Assembly (NCBI GenBank): GCA_964106645.2
Contig: OZ067038.1
Strand: one strand, 5' to 3'
Length of the DNA stretch: 64,000 bases
Source: Podarcis pityusensis
Lineage: Eukaryota
Shown: one piece after another, positions 49,737 to 63,949 of the stretch
Position numbering within the stretch: position 1 is the stretch's first letter
How the letters are laid out: each line of letters begins with the position of its first letter
Translations under genes and position numbers: made by a program
The notes under the pieces: generated by a model
What the model saw: the letters and a program-made list of their open reading frames with translations, nothing else
What the model was told of the DNA's origin: nothing
The model's database searches: none

Positions 49737-50291
49737 CTGTAAAAGAAATTTAAAATTAAAACTAAAACTAAAACTGCAAGCAAGCAGTTCCTTCCTTGCT
49801 TCCACTACAGAGTTCACATTGTCCTCTGGTGTCACCATCTTGTGGGTTTATGTTCTTTAATCCACCAATACATATAATTTGCATTAAGTATTGAACATGA
49901 GTTTGATGGTTTGGCTCACTGACAGCTTCTTGTATTAATCTACAAGAGAACTAACAGACAGATATAAAGGTGCTGGGGGGCGGAGGGCGGGAGGCAAGAG
50001 CGGCCTTGATGTATGATTTGTAGCAATGCACATACTAGAAAGGCTCTTAATAGATCTGGAGGATGTTTGTTCTTTGAGTTATTAGTGTGGGTTAAGACGA
50101 AAGAACCTGGCTTATAGCCTCTGAACTAATATTATGCACTATATGAAAGATGCACACTGAACCTAAGAGTAGGACAAAACGATCTTTCTTTATTATTCTT
50201 TCCTTCTTTTTTTTACCACGATGTTAGCCAAATCAAATAAAGACCACTATTAGTATAAACCCATAAAATTAGAGAAAACTGAGCTGGCCAT

Positions 50292-50293
50292 TT

Positions 50294-50349
<56 letters not shown>

Positions 50350-50352
50350 TTT
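50292..50352 (+). repeat. (TTTC)n microsatellite
   Basis: Direct reading. Confidence 0.95.
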
Positions 50353-53300
50353 TAAAAAGATTGATTATTCTTGTCACTGTGTAATGACAGGGAGAAAAAT
50401 AACAATATTTGTGCTTGGTGCGTTATTGTTGATTGCTGCAATTCTGCCCCACCCTCAATTTTGTTCAACACCCCTTTAAATGATGGCTATTGATTTTGAT
50501 TTGTGCAAGTTTGTTGGATTACAGCCAGTGAGTTTTAATATTCCACAGAGGTATGCATTTCACTACCAAACACTACCCCCCTCAATTTACATCCAAACTC
50601 CTCAGGACACAGGGATAAGTCTGGAGGTCAGTTGGGCCAAAGCTATGACAGTAGAATGTGCAAACACAACCCTATCAATGTTGCGGGAGAGGTGAGACTC
50701 TGGAGATCTCACCACTGCAGCATTTATGAAAATCAGAGAACCATCATGAATTTGTTATGCTTGGCATGCAGTTAATCTCAATTCTTAAATTAAACTTCTG
50801 AAATAACCAAATTCTCCAAATGTCAAGGAAAGTGTTTCAGTTACTTTTGTGTGTTTGTAACACTTTTTTCATTTAGGACTTTTGGACTGACCACTTGATT
50901 CATAGTTCATAATTGAAGGTTTTATATTGCAATCTGCAGAGTGAAAAATTGCAGCTGAATGAGGAGGCAATGAGGCCTCCTTGCTCAGTAGTGTGGGAAA
51001 ATGGCCCGAATGGAAGAGATGTTCCACCACATCTGTCTATGCAAGCGGACACTTAGCGGAGCACTGCTATTCTTCCCAATTGCTGGGTGGCAGATAAAGG
51101 AGTTGCATTTGGTATAGGAAACCTTATGCAGGCTTATTGGAAGTAGCAATGCTGACTTGGACACATCAGAGCAACTTCCTGACTATACCTTTTACAACGT
51201 GGAGCAACAGTACATTTTAATCTCTGTTCTTAAATCAAAGTGCACCGAGGGTGAATACCAACACGGATATTTAAGGTCACAGAGTTCGTCTGGATTTACA
51301 CCACTGTGGGGTACAGTATGTGCAAAATCTCATAAGGGCCGACAACAGCAAAGAGCGTTAATAAACAGATGCAAATGTGTCTAGCGCTTGACGCTACATG
51401 TAATTAAACTCTCAATTATTTATTATGGAATCACAAAATGGATTAAAAATGTTGGGAAGCCAACATTTTCCACCTTTTGAGATGCTCTTCAATTACTGGG
51501 GGAGGCCAGTATGTTCTGGCCTTCAGCTTAAAAGAGGCTTTGAACCCTTATTGGAGCCAAGTAATAACAAAGATACCAGGGATCTTCGCAAGACTGAGAT
51601 TTCCTCTGAGCGGAATCATCTAATCTGAAGCTCAGTTATGTAAATTGCTGCTCATCCATCAGCATTTTTTTTAAAAAAATAAACCATAACCCAAATTTAG
51701 CCAAAGTTTTGATTCCTAAAATGCTTTGCATGTTCACTCATGCTGTTTGGAAGGCACTACCATATTCCTCTCATGTTATGTGCTCTTAAACAGCTGCGTG
51801 GCAAGCCTCTTTGGCTGCATTCACACATAACATTAAACCAAAGACAACACAAGCTTGGCAGTAAAAACACAACAATGGTAAATTAAATAGCTAAAAATGT
51901 GGTGTCCTTTCAGGGCACCCAGAATCAGCTGCCTAAAGCAACAGCATCATTCCACAGAGAGGCCAGTGCCGTTAAAGCAGGAAGAGTATGTGCCTGTTAA
52001 ATTTGGCATGTTTCTCTTTTAAATACTTGAGAGAATATGGTGATCATCTGTTTCTTAATATTTTAAAGGCACAGATTCTACATTTCTGCACATGTGTGCC
52101 CTTCACATTTAACCAGAAGTGTGAATATGTGGCACACAGGTGACTCACACCTGAGGATAAAATTGAGCATGTGAAGCGACCTTCTGTGGTAAGGATAGTT
52201 CACTCTGTGTATTATTAAAGAAACTCTCTTTGCTGCCGTTTTGTTTCATGTGTCGGCAATGAGCCCAGGCACCGAAAATAGGCCAGAGGATGCAGGCCTA
52301 AGCCCTACCGGAAAAAGAAGTGAAGATGGCATTGGGAAGAGGCATGAATCAAATCCTTGGCCAGGTAGTACATTCTTCTCTCTGACTGAATGTCCAGATA
52401 GCACAAAGTGACAACTGGCGTGCTCAGATAATAGCATCTCCTTCATGAGAATCCCTCTGCTATTTATGCAGGGAAGAGAAAGTGTCAATGGAACAGAGGA
52501 ATCACAACAATACCTTCCTCTGTCTGAAGGAGCAGCAGTTCAGTTATATTTAGCTTTCAGATGAATAACGCAGCAGTTAGCAATGAGAAATTGCTTATTT
52601 TGTGAAAATGTCCCCTACATAAATGGAATTCTGAAATTAGCAAGAACCACCCTACAACTGCAACTGGAAAATTATACGGCATGTGCCCTTAAAGGGGTAA
52701 CATTTCCTATGACATTTGGGACAATTGGCAGGGCTTGCTCAAGTGATTTTGCAACATTAGATGGAGTAAGATTTTGTCATTTGTTCTCACCCCAACCCTT
52801 TGAGTATCATCATGTTCAATGCCTGAATAGCAAAAGACCACACTTTTAAAATAGATTGTTAGCAATCTAGTACAACTATGTTTTTTCTTACATTACTCAA
52901 GGTAGCACATGCCACTCAAATACTGAATAACATATAATGTCTGGTATTATTAGACACATGTACTTGCTAAAGTTATTGAAAGTTACAATTGGTGGAACAT
53001 GAAGTGTACACATTGCTTTCTGGCTTCCTTTCGGCTAACAAACAAGAGCAGAGGAAACAACCAACACCAACAAAAAGGTTACTCAGGAATGGGGAACAGG
53101 TCAGCAATGGAATCTGTCTCAGAATCAGAGTTTCATGGGAACGAAGAACCTTGTTTTCAGCCTGATATCCTAAGGATATTTATTCTGATATCTCACTCAT
53201 TTCTCTTTACATTTGAAAGGCTGTTAACATCCTTGTTCTATGAAGACTTATTGCGAAATAATTTTAACGAGACTTGCTTGCAATAAAATCTGCACAAAAA

Positions 53301-53582
53301 TTGCAGCTCTAACAGTCTGCTTAGAAAAGGCTGTGGTGTCTCACACAAATGCAGAAACCATCTGCCACAATGTCCCTGCAGCTGCAACATTCCCACCCTG
53401 ACTCTGCGATTCTGGAATATGCTTCCAGAATACTGTTCTCTCTCATTTGCTACCCCAACCAAGCAATCAGTTAGGTGGGTTGGCTGGGCCCGAAACTTGA
53501 CATGTATCCATATGATCCATACTTCAAGAGGTGACCCATAAAGCTGACACTCTGAGAGGTGAGTCCTCAAGTACCAACTTAC

Positions 53583-53624
53583 TTTTCTGTCATTGTGCTC
53601 AACGTGTTCACCTTCATAATCCCC
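53583..53624 (-). CDS. ANO1: ANO1 exon 8 (GDYEGEHVEHNDRK)
   Basis: 42 nt, aag|GGG...AAA|gtaagt; within ORF 53238..53705. Confidence 0.95.
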
Positions 53625-53899
53625 CTTTTTTAAAAAGAAAAGAAAAGAGATATTATGCAACAAATCAAAAATGACATGTGTTCTTTTTTTCTTGTATACA
53701 TGCAAGACCAGTAATTATGACAGAGAAAGACACGACTTTCGAATTAGAAAATCATGTCCTAGGCAAGCCTTTGCTAATCTCATGTCATCCATTTTTTTCA
53801 GCGAAAAGGGAGCTGTTCAAAACATCTAGAGGACACCAGGTTGGCAAGGGCTAAGGCCCTCCCTTTGCAGACTGGGCAACTGTTCTAGGGGGAATAACA

Positions 53900-54560
53900 T
53901 TTTTATTCATCTATTTTAAAAAGTATACCCCACTTTTCACCATGTAGGTCTCAAAGCGGCTTACTACAATAAAAACATGCACAATTAAAAACATGAATCA
54001 AATCTCCAAAACTTAAAACCTCTAAAATTGAGAAACTCAAAAAAGAAGGGAAAAAAGAAGTAAAACATCTGAGAAGCATTCAGGTGCAAAGGGCTCCAGA
54101 AAGAACACAATATTGACCAGGCAACTAAACTAAAGAGGGATGGTGCCTATCTGACTTCTTGTGGGAGGGGATTTCATAGAACTGAACCCACAACACTGAA
54201 GGCATGTTCCCTTGTTGGCTTCTATCCCACAGGGAACCACTAATAGTACGCCCACCACAACCTCAGTGACGGATCTGGGGTGCTCAGGGTAAAGCGGCCC
54301 TTAAGGTATTCAAGGATTTGCACTCTAGTTCAAGAGCCTCTAACCTGGCCCAGTGGTAGACAGGAGGCCAGTGCAGCAGTGTCATGTGTTGACAGTAGTC
54401 TGTTCCCATTACCAGTGTAGCAGCAGCATTCTGCATTGGCTGAAATTTCTAGACCAGACCGAAGGGCAGCCCCACATAGAGAGCACTGCAATTATCCTGT
54501 CTTGGGATTACCAATGCCTGAGCTACTGTGGTCAGGTTAACCCTGTCCAGGAACGGGTAT
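53900..54560 (-). mobile_element. Degraded L2 3' fragment
   Basis: gcagcattctgcattggctgaaatttc...gggcagccccacatagagagcactgcaatt is the reverse of the DYCNALYVGLP region. Confidence 0.7.
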
Positions 54561-55806
54561 CCCTATCCAGGAATGTCTGTTGTTTGAGCCTGAGTTTTCC
54601 CACTGCATGCTGGAAGTGATTCACAAGAACAAGGCGACTAAAGAATGCACCCTTTTAAGAGCATTTCATTCCTTCATCTTTTAAAGTCACCTAATGACAG
54701 GTGTAACACAGCAATGCTGGAGATCAACACCTTAGTTTCTGTAGACAGGAGTGTCTACATTGTCAGTTGACACATGCATGAAAGTAAGCTGCTGCTTATG
54801 AGACCTCCTCCTTCAGTAACTCCACAGAGTGTCTAAGCTGCTTTTTTGAAAAAGCCACGAAACAGCAGTCACAAGGTGAACTGGTACAGGAAAAGGGGGG
54901 CAGTAGCAATATAAGGTGATTCTTTTTTAAGTGCAGAAAGGAATGAAAGAATAGGACCAGAGGCATATTTCCACATTAATAATAAAAAATATTTATACCC
55001 AATGCTTTGAAATGCACTCATTTTTAATATAAAGCTGGACAACCTAAAATAGGGGTACAGGTACAGCCCCAGGATCACTGAGAAGCAGGTCTCAGTCTTC
55101 TTTGGGAATGTATTAATTCGACTTTAGTGTTAATATTTAAACTGTTTAAACGTATTGCTGGGTAAACACATCACATTCACACATAATAAACACATGTTGT
55201 AGTTATTATTGTTATTAGTACCATCATCATCTTCAAGCACCCAAAGTAATTAATTATATTGTGAAATATGAGTATACAATCTGCAGCCTTTAGATAGTTG
55301 ATAACGATGCAGCAACAGGGTGGCCACTCCTGGATGCATGTAAATATGATTTAATATGTAGCCTGTGTTTCAAGTCATATATAAGCAATCCACCTTTACA
55401 ACAGAAACTGCCCATTGAGAGCATGTGTTGCATTTATTAGGAGTATGTCAAGGAGATTTAGATCAGGAAACCAGCTACATGGTGCCACGGATATAAATAT
55501 GTATCAGCAATCCCAGTGTCCTTGGCAGAAGAAGGTCAAAAGCATGGTTATTTGCTGAGCAGGTCATTTGCTGAGTCATTTTTACGGCTGATTCATATAC
55601 AGCTAAAGAAAGTTATTATTTGTGTTACAACACCCGTAAAAAGTTGGCCTGAAGAAATTGCTAAAATGTAATATGCAAGCAGAGCGGGAGGATGCTGGGC
55701 TCATGAAAGGCTGAAGATGTTTAGGATAGTGTCATTCATACCTAACATGTTAAGGATTCTTGGTATCAGCTTCTAGAAACATAAAATATATTCCAAGACC
55801 ACTTAC

Positions 55807-55862
55807 ATCATGCAAGGGATATGCAGCACTGTAAACGCCATTGGCAAGCAGACTGGTGATCC
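55807..55862 (-). CDS. ANO1: ANO1 exon 7 (GITSLLANGVYSAAYPLHD)
   Basis: 56 nt, ccag|GG...GAT|gtaagt. Confidence 0.97.
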
Positions 55863-56363
55863 CTGGAAAAACAACAGAGGATATCTATTTATGCTTCCAA
55901 GTCTGAATTCCCTCACATAAACCCACTTTTCAGTTCTGGAGATTTCTCTCTCAAAACATCAGCAATTTTGTTAGAGAATGAATCGGCATCCATTAATTTG
56001 CCTTCACAGATTTTTGAATGTATAGATTATTAAACATGATTTGTTCTAAGAAACGGAAAGCCGTGGAGAATCAGAGGAAGTCATACGCTGCGGAGTCAAG
56101 AGTTTAGTCATTGCAATAAATTACACAACCTGAAGCTTCAAGTTGGATTTGAAAAGCAAGCCCATAGGTTTGGAAGTAGCAAAAGGCGAGGTTATCAGAA
56201 AGAGGAGAGTTCAGTGGGGCTGACCACCAGGGGTGTCAATAATAGCCATCCCTCCCACTCTCTTACACATACATCCACAGAAAAGAGTTTTAAAAATCAG
56301 ATTTAAGCTTGATTAGAGAAGCTGTTTGGAAAGCCTTTGGAAAGACCTTGGTATTATACTTAC

Positions 56364-56429
56364 CATATTTACCACATTTTCGTCTTTTATTTAAAAGGGT
56401 AGTTTCCTTCTTTCTTCCCTCTCCTTGCC
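56364..56429 (-). CDS. ANO1: ANO1 exon 6b, alternative segment b (GQGEGRKKETTLLNKRRKCGKY)
   Basis: 66 nt, frame-preserving, cag|GG...TATG|gtaagt; homologous to mammalian segment b GQGEGRKKDSALLSKRRKCGKY. Confidence 0.95.
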
Positions 56430-57884
56430 CTGTTTACACATTTGTCTATTAGTTGTATGATTGAGCAGTTACAATGTTTGTGCGATGGGGACTCAGAGGG
56501 ATGTATATTATTTCTTCAGGGGAATCATCTTTAAAATTTGAAATTGAATAAGAGAGTATATATCAGGCGCTCCTGTAAGTATAGCTGGGATTTTGCAATG
56601 GGTGAAGAATGCGCTTAGAAATTTTAGCTTGCCACAGAATTCCAGCAACTGCTTACTTACAGACTCTTGGAGACTGCAGTATTTGATTGCTGGATGTGTT
56701 TTTCATTACAGCTGCTGGCATTAATATAGCTGCTTCCAAATACGGGATACCTGACAGACTTTGAAAGGGTCATGTTACCTCAGAAAACATGCATGCTGAT
56801 TCTGATACCCTATCTACAATGGCTTGGATCTAGTCAGCAAAACCAATATTAAAAAGCAATATGAAAACAGCAGTGTGGATATTGACATGATAACAAGGCA
56901 TTGGACAGGAATATGAAAACATACAGTGGGATGTATTCTGTGAGGGGAAATATTTTCAGTTTCGCACCCCTAGGTTCATTAAGTCCATTTTTTACTCTCA
57001 GAGTTATTTCACTGATAGGATACTTTACAACAAGAAGAAATACTAATGCCACAGTCTACAAAAGTTATTTGTTGCCTCTTGCAACAAACATTTCATCCAA
57101 TTCTGCATTGCTACTTAAACCTTCTGCAAACTATTTAGAGCATTCATGCTCAATAACATGGAACCTGGGATACCCTGAACCAATTTACTTCAAAGACTAA
57201 AGCATGGAATTCACTTGAGGGTGAATTTGTTGTATTTGTTGTACAAAGAGTAACATACACATACACATGAATTTATCAGCAGTGAAACCGCAATGGAAGT
57301 TAATTTCTTTGGCTAAGCAAGTCTTTTGCTATTGTTTGTTTAGAGTATTTAAAAGAGTGAAGGTGTAGGTGAATGCCTGACCATAAGAAAAATTATAATC
57401 AAGTTTTATTGCCTAAGCACTGCTGGCACATTGTTATGTTTATGGCTGTAGATGGCAAATGAAGGGATGAGTCTATTAAATGCCAAAGACCATCTGTGCA
57501 GTTGTTACTAAAAGCTCCCAGTTCATCAGAAGCTTCGATCATGCTCTGAAGAAGAAAGAAAATGCCAACACTGCTCATTTGTCTAGCATCATTAATTATT
57601 TGCACAATGGCTCCCTGCCCCTCCCAGCGCCCACAGGAAACAAATCAGTAAGTGTTTCTGTTAAGCATTAAAGGGTTGGGAACAACAAGCCCACACCTTG
57701 ACAAAAGATTTGACAAAATGTCAATGGATGACCTACTCAAGTGGCAGACTTAGGCTAGTTTTATTAGAGTGGAAAATCTATTGCTGCAACCCCACAAGAA
57801 ATCACTTCATTTAAGTGATTTTTCCTGGTTCGACAAGCCCCCACCCTACACTGACGCTGCTAGTCAATCCATTCAAATGAGGAT

Positions 57885-58070
57885 CACATAGGAATATAGG
57901 AAGCTGCCTTATACTGAATCAGACCATTGGTCAGCTACATCTACCACTGTCTATGCTGCCTGGCAGTGGCTCTCCAGGATTCTCTCCCAGCCCTAAATGG
58001 AGATGTCTAGGACTCAACATTGAATCTTCTGCATGCAAAGCTTATGTTCTACTATTACGCTAGGGCCTTT
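57885..58070 (-). mobile_element. Squam3-like tRNA-derived SINE
   Basis: Reverse strand: aaggccctagcgtaatagtagaacataagctttgcatgcagaag head ... gtataaggcagcttcctat tail. Confidence 0.7.
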
Positions 58071-59679
58071 CCTCATTGGGGGGCTCTTATGTTTCCAATG
58101 AAGGTTCCGAGGATGAAATCTGCTGAAAAGTGCTCTGGGTGTCAGTCACCTGAAAACTGAGAAATGTGGAAGTGTCTTGTCAGATTTTGGCGTTAGTGAC
58201 ATCTTGGAAATTCATTTCAGATTGGCTGTTGATCCTAACCAACTTCACACTTTGATATACTGTTAGGATTATATAAAATGCAATCCCAGACGGCATTACA
58301 TCACTTTACATCATTTGAAGAAAGTGCCCAACCATTATTTTTTAATCAAGCTGTGCACACTGGTGTTCCCCACCCCCACCCCCACTTATGATGGAAGGAA
58401 TATATAATTTATCAGACCACTTTCTCTGTTAATGTAGTCATGATTGTTAGGCCACTTTGTGACCACAACGGCAAATTGATTTGTAAATGCTATGATCAGA
58501 CACAGGTAAAGGAAATGATTTCTTGAAACCTGATTTCTCCTGAAAGAAAAAATCACACTTACTTTCTTAAAGCAACACACAAGCTTTTAAGCAAGGGTTG
58601 ATTCCATGAATATTTCTGGTTGGTTACAAAATCAACCAGTTTGATTACTGTTGTTGTATAAAGCATACCACCAATGCATCAAACTCTACAGTTTCCGCTA
58701 ACACAGTGCCAAGACTCAGGCATATGTCTGTATATTCCAATACAGGCTGTAAGGTATTTCCTCCAACAAGTTTCTCAATAACATACCACTGAAGGAAGAA
58801 CCTCCATAAAAAACCCCCCACATTACAGTGTCTTAAAGGCACAGCAGAAGCCACTCAACTTGCATACTGATTTGATTTGTACTTTGTAAGTTGCCTTGAT
58901 AGGGCTTTTAAGAGCAAAAAAAGGAGGCATAAATTATTTTATGAAATAAATAAAATACTTAACAAACAAATAAAGAAGTGTATGAGTGCTATGGGAAATG
59001 TTGATCAAATGGCCCAGTTTAAGCCAGGGATTGATAAATAATCAAAGCTTAGTCTTCCATTATTTGAAAGTTGTTTAATCAGTCTTTGTGCCAATATTTG
59101 CACATGCATAGCAATAATCCGGTTTCCCATACTTGTTTTTAACACCCTGTGGGTGAATGGCTTGCCAGAATAGAAACTACAATAAATATAAAAGGTTAGC
59201 TTTGATTAGAGTAGCACAGTGAGAGATGCACACAAAAGATAAAACCCTAAACACACTTACTAGGGAGTAAGTCATATTAAACACAGTAGGACTTACTTCC
59301 AAGTAAACATGCATAGGACAGTATTGCACATGTCTTGTTTTGAGACCTGGCAGAATTATATCCAAAGAGCATGGGAAATATGGCATGTATCCATAAAAGG
59401 TTGATGGCCTAAAAACAGAGAGATGCATAAACAATGTGAGTGTATGCAATATTTTGGTTTATCATATATGTATAGGTAAATCAGCTGAGTCTCTCTCCAC
59501 AAAATCAGTTTAAGCAGTTCATAATCTCTGCAAGTTAAAATTTCACACAGATCACTCTCGGTTACACGATCTATATTAGACAAGAGAATAAAAAAACTTG
59601 CAAACTCTTCAAACGTAAGTTTCAAATATTCTGGAATCTGTAAAATATGCTGATCTGCAAGCTAAATAAACTTTCTTAC

Positions 59680-59731
59680 CCATGCTATATTTGGCTTTGG
59701 TGCATGTAGTTCTTTTCAATATTTCATAAAC
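59680..59731 (-). CDS. ANO1: ANO1 exon 6 (VYEILKRTTCTKAKYSM-G)
   Basis: 52 nt, tag|GTT...ATGG|gtaaga. Confidence 0.97.
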
Positions 59732-62700
59732 CTACAAGGGGAAAAAATGGTTTTATAAACACCAGGTCACCTGTAGCCCTTGGGAAATTAGTAGTAAGAT
59801 TTTGATTGCATACAGATCAAATTTAAGCACTGGCACGTTTAAGTTCTTGACACCATCATCGAATATTAAAAATTTGCAATTATTTCAGCACACAGGAATG
59901 AGTAGCTTTGTACCGTATGGGTAGAATTCAATAAGGTGAGCATTCCTTCTCCTTTTCCTGCTGGCTGCCCCAAATCTTTTCTAGGGAGTCTCCCAGCCCT
60001 CTGAACCAGATTTGCTGAAGTTGCAGGATGCAAGGAGGGGTAGGAGTAGAGGAGAGGAGAGGGAGGGAGGGAGGGAAGTCTTGCTATACAAGCAGAGATC
60101 CTTTCACTAATGGGGCATGGTAGGTGAATACCTCCCCATGTCTCTTGCTTTGAATGCCATTACTGACTCTTTGGTTGCTCCCCCCGTAAGGTTGATAACC
60201 ATACCTTCTCATATGTGTACATTCTGCTCAATGAGTTAAAAATCACTGCAAATGTCCACTTCTGGGTCACCACCCTATAAACTATAGCCATTGCCATGTA
60301 TGCCAGATAGTTACCATACATATATTTTATTATTTCTATCGTATTACTTCTATTATTCAGGAGTTCCCTGAACAACAACGGTTCGCTCGCAACTGCCATC
60401 TGCCCAATTGAGTTGCATGAGTCATCCATGTTTGTGGTTCCTTGACTTCCAAGGTGCAGGTTCAAGCCAATTAAAACATTCCAAAACAATAGGCTCTTTT
60501 CCCACTCCAATGAGCCCCAAAGTGGTGTACTTACCTTCAAGTCTAGGTATACATTTGGAATTATGCTGTAGTCATTCTTTCTGTTTTGCTAAGCACTGTT
60601 TTGTTTAAACATGTACCGTTTTAGCATTGTGGCCAAGTTTGCATTTTAGATAGATTTTTGTGTGTCAAAAATAGAAGTCATATAATTAGTGGATTGCAGC
60701 TGGATTTTCACGCCATGGAAACAAACAATAAAGAACTATACTTACTAACTATTCTTCCTTTGCAAAAAAACCAACCAAAAACAAAACAAACAAAAAAACC
60801 CTCGAAGGATAGTATTTCTGGCAGAATTGATACTTAAAGTTTTGTAAAATGAAAACTACAAAGGGTTATTTATATTTTATAAATGTTAACATTTTAAAAT
60901 ACAGATATAGAGAAAACAGCAGTAAGTGAATTTTGCTATTTATGGTGTTGATTGTCTTTTATATTTTTTATCTTGTCTTTTATATTTATTTGAAGCTTGG
61001 TATAAAATCAAGAGACTTTTTTTCAACTCCAATCTTAAGTAGTTTCTGCATTCATTTGGTCATTTATTTAAGCCTTAAATTTTAAAGGGAGTTGTATGCT
61101 GCCCTTCAAAATACAATATTTGCAAGGTGGAAAATGTAGAAAGAAACAGTTTTACATTATATAGAATTAATGAATTCTGACAAGCATCTCACCAGAGGAT
61201 TGTTCTTAAAAGATGCTCCACATATTAGCAACTTCTGTTCAGTTATTTAAAACAAAATTAGGGCTAATGGCTTGTATCCAAGTCTAGTCCTACACAGAGT
61301 AGACCCGTGGAGATTAATGGAACCTACTGATTGAGGGTTATTAATTGCAATGGTTTTAGTCTGAGTAGGAGTAGCATATATTACCCACGTCCCCAATTAA
61401 AGTGGCAATAGATAAACGTTGTTAACAGTTTACTTTTCTCTTTGCAAATAATAGAAAAGAAAGAAGGCAGCATGAGAAAGGCTAGTTAAGTCTATATGGG
61501 AGAAAAGGACAAGTACTGGATTACTGAAGGAGCAACAGGAAGTGAAAGATGACGTCAGCATACTAAAAATGTTGACGTTATGATATATGATATATGAGAG
61601 TGCTGGATTATTGAGGACTGATTAAGGAAAGGAGGGAGATGGAAGGGCTCCGTAGAGGAAGTATTTAAAAAGCCTTTATACAGACCCTTTCATCCCATAA
61701 CATCTGACAAGACAAGAAGACCAACCACAAACTGGATGCTATTCATTAGTGACTCATTAAAGGGCATGGGAGTGCCCCTTGAGGTTACAAAAAAAGTCCC
61801 ACCATTATAAATTCCACAGTTTATAAAAATGACACTTACTGAGCTAGTAACAGAAAACCTGATCAAGCTGATCCACTAAAAATTGCCACAGCAACAGCAA
61901 GTTTAAAGGTGCTGAAAATCAGCACATTGATATTTTTTACTCCAATTTCAAAACGTATTTCTTTCCAGTTTTCCGAAAGTGGCTGATGCATTTTATTCAG
62001 GCTTGCTGGGGCATGTGATCCTTCAATGGTTTGGTGAACTTCTGAGCAGCCGTTTTCTTATTTCATTCAAGTCTATGACAACTTCTGGTACAATAAGGTG
62101 ATGCGTGCACAGATCAATTTTTGAAGTTACTTTTTTTGGCCAGGAATACAATGACTGTGGAGGGAACCATATTGCAGATGCTATGTGCAATGTCTATTCT
62201 AATATAACATGGGCACATTTGGAAACGAGAAACTCCTGTGGGCACAACACAAATTGAGATGGGGAAGATACAGTGATGGGGACCAACAAAGATGTCTCAT
62301 ATACTCTTGATCCTGCATGTTTTATCTCCATCAAGAACCTCAGATACTAAGGCAATTCTAAATGCCTAGCAACATGCCCACTGGTGGAGATCTTAACACA
62401 GCAAAGAACGAAAGCTTTTCTCCTGATCATGAGCACCTCCAAATCCATTGCACATCATTGCTGATCATGGGTCACGTCTGTTAAGGCATCAGCCTTAGCT
62501 TCCAGCTTCCTTGATTTGTGGAGCCAACATGTGTTGGCCTTAACTCATGACTTTAAACCAGCAGGGTTTTTAAAAATAAATAAATCACTGAACAGTTATT
62601 CCTCTCTCATAGAGCTTCTTCACTATGCTAATAGTCCACTCAAGAGTAGACAAGAGCAGCTGGAAATTGGAGCATTCTCTTGTTTCTGAGAAATGGGGAA

Positions 62701-63949
62701 GACAACAAAGGACCCTTCTTCCATGTTTAAGTTTGCTATGGAATGTCACCCGTCACCACTGCAAAATCATGAAGTCCTGGGAGGTAAGAAAATACTCCCC
62801 TCAGTTGTCAGATGAGGAGCTGAGAAGAAAGGACTTTTAAATGAGAAAACTAAATGAATGTTTCTGAACTGTCTGTCACGAAGCGCTAGGGATGGGAGTG
62901 AGTAAGTATTGACCTATTTAGTTAATATTATAAGAGAGCTTAGAAATGAATGCTGGATGACAACTTTAGGGAAGAAGCAAAACAAGTGACTAAAAAGGGG
63001 AGGGCTGGACAATTGCTGTCCCCTGCTGAAGAGAATGTCTTTACATAAGTGCATAAAAAATTATACGCTTCAGTTACAGTTATGTATTGTTTATTGATAA
63101 ATGCAAAAGGAAGCACAGAAAATGTTATCTCTTTCCCACGGATTTTTTCTATGGTTGTCTTTCCACTTGATGAGAGTAAACACGTTCTGGAAAGAAAGGC
63201 ATGGTTCTACTCATCCTCAGCCCTTATTTGTCAGCAGTGCATAACTTGGCCTGGGTATGGGTGGTTTCTTCCTATTTCAATGGATCAGTGGCTCACAGCT
63301 GATTTTAATGGATCAGTGGTTCACATGGTTGTCCAGTGTTCACTGAATTTTTCTGATTTCAAGTTCAAAAAGAGAGCTGCTGTCTGGGGCCACTCTGCAA
63401 CATGTGTTTGTGGTGGGGAATCTCTTTGTTGTGAGTATGTTTATGAAATGTTTTAGGAGCACTTGCTGCCATTATTTTCTCTTCCTATATTTCATAGTAA
63501 TTCTATACAGAGGACAGGAATTAAATTCAGGATGACCTGGCTTAAGATTCATACAACACTGCCACTGACATTTCTGTGACATGGAGATGACTCATATGAT
63601 AGGGGGAAGTGAGCTCCACTAGGAAGAAAAAAAAGAAAGCACTGTTTTAAGTTACTGTACATCTTTATTAGCATTTGAATGTTTTTAAATACCCATTTTT
63701 AAGAAGGATTTTGATTTTGCATTTTAAAAACTGCTTACAGGCTTTCTTACAAATCAAGTAGCATATAATTTTTGTTAAATAAAATAAATAAATAATTAAG
63801 AAATTAACTGGGAGGAAGCTCTATTGAATTCAAGCCCTATTGGACTTTTTTCTGAGTAGACATAGTTAGGGTTGGTTTGTAAACTGGGAATACAATATTT
63901 TTTATAACGTAAGCATTATAACATGTATTATATATATTGTAATACTTAC

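Noticed and set aside
60528-60600. Perfect AAG|gtaagt donor in intron 5
   Set aside because: No credible upstream acceptor or pyrimidine tract
63049-63456. 135-aa plus-strand ORF
   Set aside because: Non-ATG start, no recognisable domain, intronic AT-rich context
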